Below are positions 9,796 through 17,418 of a DNA stretch of 64,000 bases, piece after piece (the stretch's first letter is position 1; the number at the start of each line of letters is the position of its first letter). The position numbers were made by a program, and so were the translations under genes. The notes beneath the pieces were generated by a model that was not told where the DNA came from, searched no databases, and was given only the letters and a program-made list of their open reading frames with translations. This DNA is from an uncultured Gammaproteobacteria bacterium (GTDB lineage: Bacteria > Patescibacteriota > Patescibacteriia > Magasanikbacterales > GWA2-37-8): assembly GCA_964355175.1 (NCBI GenBank), contig CAYHBZ010000001.1, forward strand, positions 174,335 to 238,334, read 5' to 3'.

Positions 9796-9830
9796 AAAAA
9801 TCCCTCGAATAATCGAGGGATTTTAATTTT
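9796..9830. terminator. Bidirectional rho-independent terminator (hairpin ATCCCTCGA-ataa-TCGAGGGAT, flanked by A-run and T-run)
   Basis: Perfect 9-bp stem at 9800-9821. T-run on plus strand (ends the MazG-like gene), A-run upstream (ends rplU on the minus strand). Confidence 0.75.
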
Positions 9831-9836
9831 TGAGTA

Positions 9837-10157
9837 TTAAGCGATTTCTACTTCAGTAAATCTCTGTCTCTGACCATGTACTTTGTGGAAACGAACTTTG
9901 TTCTTGAATTTTTCTACGCGTAGAGTTGGGTATTTACCTTGTTTGAGCACTTTACCCACTACTGCGGCGCCTTCCAAATAAGGTTTTCCAAGTTCTACCA
10001 AATTTCCTTCTTCGTCAGCTTTCAAAAGTACTTTATCGAATTTGTATTCTGTGCCTTCGGCTACAGCTACATTTTCTTTATTCAATTTTTCAATTTTTAA
10101 TTTATCACCGGATGTTACAATATATTGTTTGCCGCCGGTAGCGATAATCGAGATCAT
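9837..10157 (-). CDS. rplU: 50S ribosomal protein L21
   Basis: MISIIATGGKQYIVTSGDKLKIEKL... and the C-terminal FHKVHGQRQRFTEV are canonical L21. Confidence 0.9.
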   Translation of the reverse strand: MISIIATGGKQYIVTSGDKLKIEKLNKENVAVAEGTEYKFDKVLLKADEEGNLVELGKPYLEGAAVVGKVLKQGKYPTLRVEKFKNKVRFHKVHGQRQRFTEVEIA

Positions 10158-10267
10158 AATTTTAAATTATTGGCCCATTTTTTAAAGTTCAGCGAAGATG
10201 AACTGCGGGCTTCTTCTTATATAAACAGGGTTAATTATAGCAAATACAAGCTGAAATGTCAATACTA

Positions 10268-10720
10268 GGCTGTTTAGATTGACAAAAAGCTAATTTCTAT
10301 ATACTATGAGTGCGCAACGCAGCCAAACTGCGCAGGAAAAAAACGATGTTTCTGACCTGTGATGAAACCAATCACTCCCTGGAAGAAACCTGGCCGCTCT
10401 GGGCCGGAACACGGTCGGATGTCCCTACCCATTCCGCTTTGAGCCACAATGTGATCCAGAAGATCCCTGAGGACCAGAGGCGTTCGACTCCTTGTCAGCC
10501 TAGCGTCGGCGATGATGGTGTAGACATCCACGAAGCGGAGAGTACGACCCATCGTGGTTTCTACCACATGACCGGGTTTAAGCTCGGACGCTTCGCGTTT
10601 TCCATTTCTGGCGAGACGGCCCGCAAGTACCTGCCTCGCCACTACAGCCGTTACCCGGCAGTTGCAAACTGACAGGAGGAATATTGGAGGGGTGTGCCGG
10701 CGGACCACACTAAACGTCCG
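10268..10720. ncRNA. GC-rich structured-RNA candidate (unassigned; tmRNA-like features at 10268-10501)
   Basis: A ~450-nt island of much higher GC than its surroundings. Overlapping ORFs on both strands (10304..10723 and 10310..10672) are typical GC-island artefacts. Many hairpins. 5' GGCUG-uuua-GAUUGAC (10268-10284) resembles the tmRNA 5' end. GGACCAGAGGCGUUCGACUCCUUGUCAGCC (10471-10500) resembles a tmRNA T-arm plus acceptor 3' strand. UAGGCUG at 10266 pairs perfectly with CAGCCUA at 10496. A possible tag frame (gct aat ttc tat ata cta tga) is followed by a stable hairpin. However, the tag is atypical and 10502-10720 is unexplained, so family and strand are uncertain. Confidence 0.35.
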
Positions 10721-10728
10721 CACATCTC

Positions 10729-10766
10729 AAAAACCACTTTCTTCCGAAAGTGGTTTTTGTTTTTTA
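10729..10766. terminator. Bidirectional rho-independent terminator (AAAACCACTTT-cttccg-AAAGTGGTTTTT)
   Basis: 11-bp stem flanked by an A-run and a T-run. It lies between the GC-rich RNA island and the stop of the minus-strand DUF192 gene. Confidence 0.7.
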
Positions 10767-11234
10767 TTATTTTATCACCTCCACTTTATCCCCTATTTTT
10801 AAATGTAAACTATTGGCCATACCAGCTTTAAGCTCCAACACCTTATCCGAAATATCGCGCGCGGCGTATGGGATAAGATCACTCTCGGTTGTGGCCGGAT
10901 CTATAGGCACACCAGGAGCATAGTCCACCACCATACCGTTTTTTATCCAAATAATATCTATTGGAAACTGCATATCGCGCATTACAAACACATGTTGTTC
11001 GGTAATAGGAAACAAAAATAACATACCGTCATATTCTCCCAAATTTTTACGACCACCTAGTCCTTTGGTCCAATGTTTAATGTTATCAGCCACCAAAACA
11101 TTTAGTGTTTGATTATTTATACGCACCTGCGCGTTGGGCCAATAATAATCGTAATACATCTTTAGAGAAAAAGAGAATAAAATTATCAATCCTAAAACTA
11201 CCAACTGCCAACTACTACTTTTATTTTTTGCCAT
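10767..11234 (-). CDS. DUF192-family protein (signal-anchored)
   Basis: N-terminal TM/signal segment, then the DUF192-like core (FPIDIIWIKNGMVVDY ... pattern). Confidence 0.55.
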   Translation of the reverse strand: MAKNKSSSWQLVVLGLIILFSFSLKMYYDYYWPNAQVRINNQTLNVLVADNIKHWTKGLGGRKNLGEYDGMLFLFPITEQHVFVMRDMQFPIDIIWIKNGMVVDYAPGVPIDPATTESDLIPYAARDISDKVLELKAGMANSLHLKIGDKVEVIK

Positions 11235-12279
11235 ATAATTGCTTTTTGGAAACCACGGCTTCTAAAATCATAACAATAAATATCAGGCAAAGCAAGGTAA
11301 CTAATTTCCAGCCACTGGTCATAAATAAAGCCGACGCACCAAATAGGGCCGCGAAAAGATAAAAAATCATAACCGCTTGCCACTGCTTGAACCCACTGTC
11401 TACTAAACGAAAATGAAGATGACGGCGATCACCCTCAGATACTGACTGGTGATTTTTTAGACGACCAATAATAACATAAACCAAATCTATGATTGGCACC
11501 GCCATCACCAAAAGCGCAGTCGCGATTTTACTGCCGGCAATGATAGCAATGGTGCCAAGCATCAGACCTAAAAATTGTCCGCCGCCCTCACCCAGAAATA
11601 TTTTTGCGGGGCTGAAATTTAAAAATAAAAAACCCAGACAACTGCCGGCTAAAGTAAAAGCGACCAAGGCCACATCCGGCTGAAAAAATTTGGTAGTGCC
11701 GCCAGCCAGTGCCGCTACCGACAGTGCGCCAATCATCACTACCCCGGTCGCCAATCCATCTAAACCATCTAAAATTTTCACAGTGTAAATCATACCCATC
11801 AGCCATAAAAAGGCCAGGATTTCTACACCAATCAAAATCGTACCAAAAGCTTGGGTCTGAATTTTCCAAAAATCCAATCCAATCGTACCGCCAAAAGGAT
11901 TGGTAATACCATCAAAATTTAATCCGCCGGCCAACACCATAAGCACAGCCACAGCGGAAAATAACAAACGATAGTGATAAGCAATTTTAAATTTATCATC
12001 AAAATACCCCACCACCATCAAAATCAACCCAGCCAAAAAAAATAAAATCAACTGACGGGCGCTGAGATTCCTAAAAATAATTCCACCATAATTATACAAA
12101 TAAAAAACTACCGCCCAAAAAGAAACAAAAATTGCCACACCACCCAAAAGCGGCACAGATTTTTTATGCTGTTTACGCGGTTCATTCGGAACATCTACAA
12201 CCTGAAATTTTTTAGCAAATTTTTTGACTGCCAATGTTAATACAAAACTCAGTCCAGCCGCTATAAGAAAATAAATCAT
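11221..12279 (-). CDS. mraY: Polyprenyl-phosphate N-acetylhexosamine/MurNAc-pentapeptide 1-phosphate transferase (GT4 MraY/WecA family); MraY favoured
   Basis: ~10 TM helices. DDxxK motif (GYFDDKFKI). ILDGLDGLA matches the MraY NLTDGLDGLA motif. FLGEGGGQFLG matches FMGDVGSLALG. His-rich RHLHF matches MraY HHH. Lies in a dcw neighbourhood (mraZ-rsmH-ftsL upstream). Confidence 0.6.
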   Translation of the reverse strand: MIYFLIAAGLSFVLTLAVKKFAKKFQVVDVPNEPRKQHKKSVPLLGGVAIFVSFWAVVFYLYNYGGIIFRNLSARQLILFFLAGLILMVVGYFDDKFKIAYHYRLLFSAVAVLMVLAGGLNFDGITNPFGGTIGLDFWKIQTQAFGTILIGVEILAFLWLMGMIYTVKILDGLDGLATGVVMIGALSVAALAGGTTKFFQPDVALVAFTLAGSCLGFLFLNFSPAKIFLGEGGGQFLGLMLGTIAIIAGSKIATALLVMAVPIIDLVYVIIGRLKNHQSVSEGDRRHLHFRLVDSGFKQWQAVMIFYLFAALFGASALFMTSGWKLVTLLCLIFIVMILEAVVSKKQLYGKK

Positions 12280-12296
12280 AATTAATAGATTTGAAG

Positions 12297-12326
12297 GGAT
12301 CCTTCGCTTCGCTCAGGATGACAGGC
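12297..12326. repeat. Short REP-like repeat unit GGGATCCTTCGCTTCGCTCAGGATGACAGG (reverse complement of TGTCATCCTGAGCGAAGCGAAGGATCCC)
   Basis: Near-identical sequence recurs at 47833-47863 in the opposite orientation. It contains an ATCCT...AGGAT inverted repeat. The unit explains the spurious ORF 12282..12497. Confidence 0.6.
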
Positions 12327-12327
12327 C

Positions 12328-15114
12328 CTAGACGACTCGAATATCCCCACCCGCCCCGATGACAACTTTATCCCGGCGTTTAATCTTACCACCAAGCAGT
12401 AATTCCGCCAAACGATTTTCCACTTTTTCTTGCAAAGCGCGGCGCATTGGACGAGCCCCAAATTCCGGATCAAATCCGACATCCGCCAAAAATTCATAAG
12501 CGGCCGGTTCAGCTTCTAATTCGATACCTTTGACTTCGAGATCCTTGGACACGCGTTTGAACATTAATTTCGCTACCTCAATAATATCCGGTCTATCAAG
12601 CGCTTTGAACAATACGATACCATCAAAACGATTCAAAAATTCCGGACGAAAATTTTCTTTAAGTTCACCGTGTAATAGTTTCTCTTTTATCTTTTCGGAA
12701 GTTTCACCCGCACGCATCTGCTCCTGCACAAAAGAAGTGCCGGCATTGGAGGTGGCTATTAAAATAACATTAGTAAAATCTACCACATGTCCGACACTAT
12801 CGGTAAGACGGCCATCATCCATGACTTGCAAAAATAAATTTAAAATATCTTTGTCGGCTTTTTCCATTTCATCCAGCAATAGTAGAGAGAACGGATGGCG
12901 ACGAATCGCTTCGGTCAGCACACCACTTCCCTTTTCACCCGGAGCTCCAAGCAAACGATAGATGCTACTTTTATCCTGGTATTCACTCATATCCAGACGC
13001 ACCATACGATCTTCTCCACCAAAATAAACTTCCGCAATAGTTTTAGCCAGTTCAGTTTTACCCACACCGGTTGGACCCAAGAATAAAAAGTTTGCAATTG
13101 GACGCTTGGTGGAACGGATTTCTGCGCGCGCGCGACGCAAAGCATTGGCCACCAGATTTACCGCTTCACTCTGACCAACTACGCGTTTATGCATCTCATC
13201 TTCAAGATGTAATAATTTGGAAGTTTCGTCAGCGGATACAGTAGTGACCGGCACACCAGTCTTTTGCGATACCACAGTCGCCACATCTTCACCGGTCACA
13301 AATGAATTTACGCCTTTTTTATTATGAGCGAAAGCCGCGGACTCAGTCATAATTTGAATAGCACTTCCAGGCAAACAAATTTCATGCAAAAATCTAGAAG
13401 ATAATTGCACCGCTTTGGAGACAGCGTCATAAGAAAAAAATACATGTTGACGATATTCAGCATTGCCTACTTTGGATTCAAGCACTTGAATTGATTGATC
13501 TTCGCTCATTTCTTGAATTTCAACTTTTGCAAATAGTGTACCAATCGGTGAACTGACAATATGACGAGAATAATTATCCGGCTCGGTGGTAGCCAAAGTG
13601 AGAAATCGTCCACTGCCCAAATAATCATTTAGTGTTCCGGCCACATCCAAACTACCTTCCTTTTCACCAGCGGAAACACCGGTAATTTCGTGAATATTTG
13701 GAATATACAAAATAACATTACCGGCCCGACCAATATCCTGCATAATACCAATTAACCTCTCCACCGCGCCCGATGGCGTAGTACCGGCCAAAAGTTTGGG
13801 AATACTAAGACGCACCAAGCGTTTATCTTTGAGGCGAACCGGCACATCGTCTTCTACCATTTTTTGGGCCAAACCTTCGATGATACTACTTTTGCCCACA
13901 CCGGTTTCACCAACCAAAATCGCATTTTGTCCACCACCGTCAATAATACGAAAAATTTCTTCAATTTCTTTTTCGCGTGCCACACAGGTATCGAGGTGTC
14001 CAAACTGCGCCGAAATAGTAAGGTCATCACTAAAACCATTCAAGAATGGTGTCTGCACCGCAGTCATAGCTTTATCCATGCCTTTGGTAGAACGGTGCGA
14101 AGCAGAAGCGCGGAATTTCATATACTGTCTGTACAATCGCTCGCGGATTCTGGCCCATTCCACCACATTGAGCAACTTGGCTTTATCCACTGTAAGATCA
14201 AACAAAATATCCTGAATTTTTTCAGACTGTTTGATGGCGGATAATAATAATTCAGTCACGCTGACATATTCCTGATGCGCTTCATATGCTTCCTCATAAG
14301 CCAAAAATAACGCCTGCTGGAATTCACCGGAAATCAGCGGCATAGTAAGCGTATCTACTTTGGTATTTTGCAAAGGCACTGCTCCCAAAACATTTTCCAA
14401 AGTTTTTTGTAGTGATCCCGACGACATTCCCAAACGCACAAAGACATTACTAATACGATTGGATGACAAAAGCGCGTAAAAAAGATGCTCCGGAGTCACA
14501 ACACCTTTGCCACTTCTGTCGGCTACTAAATACGCTTCGCCGAGCACCGCCAAAGCCTCATCGGTAAAGGTATCGGCAATATTTAATCTTTTTTTGGATT
14601 TTATTTTTTTGGCTTGAGCCCAATCGGATACCTCTATATCTTTTTCCTGTTCACTGTCTTTCTGATTATAATGAAAATGCTCTACCTGATCTTTTTTAAT
14701 ACGCTCTACTATTACGCGATACCAGAGGTAAAGCAAAATTAAAGCGCCGATATAAATCAAGAAACCAACTATCCCTTTTAAATTAGAAAAAAATGAAATC
14801 CAAAAAGTAGGATTAAATAAATTGGCCAAAAAACTTTTGTCTCTGGCTAAAACATAGGCGGCCCAGCCCCAGGCGTTGAGCCATAAAATTAATGAAGTAA
14901 AAAATCTAACCTTATTAAAAATTCGACGTCCTTTGGCCAAGTTCAAATGATAACGCGTCAAAGGATAACTCCAAAACAGCCAATGCCCACGGGCAAAATG
15001 CCCAGACGACATTCCGTGGCATTTATTGCATTTGCTCATCCCAACATAGCCAATTGATTTACAATCATCGCAAGTGAGAATTTTAATTGGCTCTTGTTTT
15101 GGAAATAACAACAT
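12328..15114 (-). CDS. ClpC/ClpB-type double AAA+ chaperone-ATPase with N-terminal zinc-ribbon and transmembrane anchor
   Basis: Two Walker A boxes (ILVGETGVGKSS; FLFLGPTGVGKTELAKT). Clp_N repeat (DTFTDEALAVLGEAYLVADRSGKGVVTPEHLFYALLS). Sensor/arginine finger regions. The N-terminal ~190 aa hold CxxC..CxxC (CDDCKS...CNKCHG) and two hydrophobic helices (FFTSLILWLNAWGWAAYVLA, IVGFLIYIGALILLYLWY). Start taken at MLLFPKQ (15114), directly after the upstream stop; the alternative start at 15153 overlaps the upstream ORF. Confidence 0.75.
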   Translation of the reverse strand: MLLFPKQEPIKILTCDDCKSIGYVGMSKCNKCHGMSSGHFARGHWLFWSYPLTRYHLNLAKGRRIFNKVRFFTSLILWLNAWGWAAYVLARDKSFLANLFNPTFWISFFSNLKGIVGFLIYIGALILLYLWYRVIVERIKKDQVEHFHYNQKDSEQEKDIEVSDWAQAKKIKSKKRLNIADTFTDEALAVLGEAYLVADRSGKGVVTPEHLFYALLSSNRISNVFVRLGMSSGSLQKTLENVLGAVPLQNTKVDTLTMPLISGEFQQALFLAYEEAYEAHQEYVSVTELLLSAIKQSEKIQDILFDLTVDKAKLLNVVEWARIRERLYRQYMKFRASASHRSTKGMDKAMTAVQTPFLNGFSDDLTISAQFGHLDTCVAREKEIEEIFRIIDGGGQNAILVGETGVGKSSIIEGLAQKMVEDDVPVRLKDKRLVRLSIPKLLAGTTPSGAVERLIGIMQDIGRAGNVILYIPNIHEITGVSAGEKEGSLDVAGTLNDYLGSGRFLTLATTEPDNYSRHIVSSPIGTLFAKVEIQEMSEDQSIQVLESKVGNAEYRQHVFFSYDAVSKAVQLSSRFLHEICLPGSAIQIMTESAAFAHNKKGVNSFVTGEDVATVVSQKTGVPVTTVSADETSKLLHLEDEMHKRVVGQSEAVNLVANALRRARAEIRSTKRPIANFLFLGPTGVGKTELAKTIAEVYFGGEDRMVRLDMSEYQDKSSIYRLLGAPGEKGSGVLTEAIRRHPFSLLLLDEMEKADKDILNLFLQVMDDGRLTDSVGHVVDFTNVILIATSNAGTSFVQEQMRAGETSEKIKEKLLHGELKENFRPEFLNRFDGIVLFKALDRPDIIEVAKLMFKRVSKDLEVKGIELEAEPAAYEFLADVGFDPEFGARPMRRALQEKVENRLAELLLGGKIKRRDKVVIGAGGDIRVV

Positions 15115-15115
15115 A

Positions 15116-15472
15116 TTATCTCGTAAAAGACATAAATAATCCGCCAAAAACAATTATCGGCAAAATCAGCCAGACACAAAACAAAGCCAGACAAACCACA
15201 AACCAAATCAACAGCGCCAAACTGCGGAAGAAAAACTGCGCCAAACGCATGAAGAAGCTAATTATCCTCCCCTGCCAATCATACTGACCAAACATCGGCA
15301 CAAATAAATTTTGTATCCACAAAACCGGCGCCAACGTCTTGTTGCCTTCCATAAAAAATTGGCCACACCATTTGGCTGAATGCACTACTCCACCGGTATA
15401 CCACCAGAGCGGAAAATAAAAAAGATCCAGCAGAGCATCAAAAAAAATACGTTGAAATACTAATAGCCACAT
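15116..15472 (-). CDS. Hypothetical small membrane protein (3-4 TM)
   Basis: 118-aa hydrophobic ORF whose stop abuts the ATG of the ClpC-like gene (TAA-T-ATG). No family recognised. Confidence 0.4.
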   Translation of the reverse strand: MWLLVFQRIFFDALLDLFYFPLWWYTGGVVHSAKWCGQFFMEGNKTLAPVLWIQNLFVPMFGQYDWQGRIISFFMRLAQFFFRSLALLIWFVVCLALFCVWLILPIIVFGGLFMSFTR

Positions 15473-15555
15473 AAAAATTGTTTGGATTTATTATAGCATA
15501 AAAACCTTGAAACAAAAAATCCTCGACTAGATCGAAGATTTAAAATTAACAAGTA

Positions 15556-15915
15556 TTATCGTGCCATGGCCACCGCTGGAGAGGTATTGAGACGCTGCAC
15601 CTTGGCCACAGCCACCAAATTCAATTCCGGCAAACGCTTTTCAATATTGTTCATGGAGCCAGCATCAGCAATTTTGATTTGTAGATTCTGGACTTGATTA
15701 TCCATTTCACTCACTTGCTTTTCCAGGTTATGAATTTCATATCCAGTAGCCGAAACGGCGTTTATGCGCACCATATAAGCGGCCGATAAAAACATTACGC
15801 TAATCAAAAGGGTGGAACGCATCCCGCGACCAGTGAGCCACTCTGGCATAGCCATAGTACCTACGGCTTCTATAAAATTATGATAGTGAGCTTGAAGTTG
15901 GCGTTTATAAGACAT
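15556..15915 (-). CDS. ftsL: Cell-division protein FtsL-like (single TM plus coiled coil)
   Basis: Lies immediately downstream of rsmH as in dcw clusters. TM segment LLISVMFLSAAYMV followed by a heptad-rich periplasmic region. Confidence 0.5.
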   Translation of the reverse strand: MSYKRQLQAHYHNFIEAVGTMAMPEWLTGRGMRSTLLISVMFLSAAYMVRINAVSATGYEIHNLEKQVSEMDNQVQNLQIKIADAGSMNNIEKRLPELNLVAVAKVQRLNTSPAVAMAR

Positions 15916-15918
15916 ATT

Positions 15919-16821
15919 TTAAATTTTTTCTACTATTCTTAATTTGGCACTGCGACTACTTGGATTATTTTTTAATTCTTCGTCGGTCGCGACCAAAGGT
16001 TTTTTAGTTATTATTTTTAAAATTCTATTATTATTTTTGACAAAGTATTGTTTCACGATTCGGTCTTCCAAGGAATGAAAAGTGATGACTGCCAATCGCC
16101 CGCCCGGTTTCAACACACTGAGGGCTTGAGGCAATGCTTGTCGTACTACCTCAAGCTCTTTATTTACCGCGATACGCAAAGCTTGAAATATCTGCGTAGC
16201 CGGATGGGCACCACCTACCCAAGGAACTTCTTTGTCAGTTTTTAATTTTTTTCTATAAACTTGTAAAATTATTTCGGTCAGTTGTTTACTGGTCACCAAA
16301 GGTTTTTTACCGCGTTCATCCACAATGCTTTTGGCAATCTCGGCGCTCAATTTTTCTTCACCGTAAAACTTGAAAATATTTATCAGCTCGGCCAGGGTGT
16401 ATTGATTCAGAATATCAGCGGCGGTTTCTCCCATATCAGTGCTGTAGCGCATATCCAGCGGCTCGTCGCCATCGAAGCTAAATCCGCGATTGCGTTCTTT
16501 GAATTGCGGCGTGGACCAGCCTAGATCCATGAGGATCGCATCTATTGGACCAAAATCATTGTCAGAGATAATTTTTTCTAAGTTGGAAAAATTGTCTCTA
16601 ACAAAAATTATTTGCTTTTCAAATTTGTACAGATTATTTTTGGCGCGCAATAGTGATTCGGGATCAGCATCAATGCCAAGCAATTTTCCTTTTGGACCAA
16701 TCTTGGCCAAGATCGCTTCACTATGACCAGCATCACCCAAAGTACAATCAATTACTAAACTATTATTTTTAAGGTTCAGGCCTTCTACTACTTCATTTAG
16801 CAATACAGGAATGTGTCTCAT
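15919..16821 (-). CDS. rsmH: 16S rRNA (cytosine1402-N4)-methyltransferase RsmH
   Basis: MRHIPVLLNEVVEGL..., DCTLGDAGHS, and the LKPGGRLAVITFHSLEDRIVK signature of RsmH/MraW. Confidence 0.9.
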   Translation of the reverse strand: MRHIPVLLNEVVEGLNLKNNSLVIDCTLGDAGHSEAILAKIGPKGKLLGIDADPESLLRAKNNLYKFEKQIIFVRDNFSNLEKIISDNDFGPIDAILMDLGWSTPQFKERNRGFSFDGDEPLDMRYSTDMGETAADILNQYTLAELINIFKFYGEEKLSAEIAKSIVDERGKKPLVTSKQLTEIILQVYRKKLKTDKEVPWVGGAHPATQIFQALRIAVNKELEVVRQALPQALSVLKPGGRLAVITFHSLEDRIVKQYFVKNNNRILKIITKKPLVATDEELKNNPSSRSAKLRIVEKI

Positions 16822-16823
16822 AT

Positions 16824-17255
16824 TTATACTCCTAATTCAGCCATCTTTTCGGCAATGTCATTGCTGTTGGATTCGGTTTGGGTTTTGTATGTCTTCCATT
16901 TCTCTTCATCCCAAATTTCCGCGCGACTATACAAACCGGCCAACACCACATTCTTTTTTAAACCGGCAAACTCGCGTAAATATTCCGGCAAAACTACACG
17001 GCCTTGTTTGTCGATTTCTACTTCCATCGCTCCGGCCAACATGAGACGCGCAAAGGCACGACTGTTGGATTGAGAAAATGGCAGAGCGGCTAATTTTTCA
17101 GCTAGCTTGGCCCATTCGGTTTTGGTGTAGAGAAATAAACAATTGTCCAAACCACGAGTGACTACGGCACCCTTATTTAAGGCAGCACGAAATTTGACCG
17201 GTATGGCCAACCGTCCTTTTTCATCCAAATTGTGACCGTACTCGCCAATGAACAT
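16824..17255 (-). CDS. mraZ: Transcriptional regulator MraZ
   Basis: MFIGEYGHNLDEKGRLAIPVKFR and a second SpoVT/AbrB-like repeat (DKQGRVVLPEYLR). Start chosen at MFIGEY; the ORF is open to 17312. Confidence 0.85.
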   Translation of the reverse strand: MFIGEYGHNLDEKGRLAIPVKFRAALNKGAVVTRGLDNCLFLYTKTEWAKLAEKLAALPFSQSNSRAFARLMLAGAMEVEIDKQGRVVLPEYLREFAGLKKNVVLAGLYSRAEIWDEEKWKTYKTQTESNSNDIAEKMAELGV

Positions 17256-17357
17256 AAATTTTAAATCACCATTTCTCTCCACTACTATCCATTTTACACC
17301 ACTTTGAAACATTGGTCAACACTTTTTACCAAAATAATCATGCCATTTTTTAGCTAA

Positions 17358-17392
17358 TATAAAACAAAAATCCCTCCTAAAAGGAGGGATGT
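17358..17392 (-). terminator. Rho-independent terminator (ATCCCTCCT-aaa-AGGAGGGAT) for the minus-strand gene ending at 17419
   Basis: 9-bp stem. A-run on the plus strand at 17361-17370 gives the U-run on the minus-strand transcript. Confidence 0.65.
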
Positions 17393-17418
17393 GGATAATT
17401 TTTTTTAAAACCTCATTA

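Noticed and set aside
10268-10501. Confident tmRNA (ssrA) call
   Set aside because: The terminal motifs look tmRNA-like, but the only candidate tag (ANFYIL) lacks the usual ...AA ending. The T-stem pairing is imperfect. The 234-nt length is short. Both orientations give similar end motifs. Kept only as a low-confidence candidate. RNase P and SRP conserved regions (GGAAAGUCCGGGC / ACAGAAnCCGGCUUA; GGAAGCAGCC) were searched by eye and not found convincingly.
10304-10723. Overlapping ORFs 10304..10723 (-) and 10310..10672 (+)
   Set aside because: Both lie in the GC-rich island and overlap each other almost fully. Stop-codon depletion of GC-rich DNA explains them; better interpreted as structured RNA.
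12282-12497. 71-aa ORF ending ...ACHPERSEGSLQIY
   Set aside because: Produced by reading through the REP-like repeat and into the 3' end of the ClpC-like gene; a recurrent artefact of this repeat.
13796-14244. Plus-strand ORFs inside the ClpC-like gene
   Set aside because: Antisense to a well-supported AAA+ coding region.
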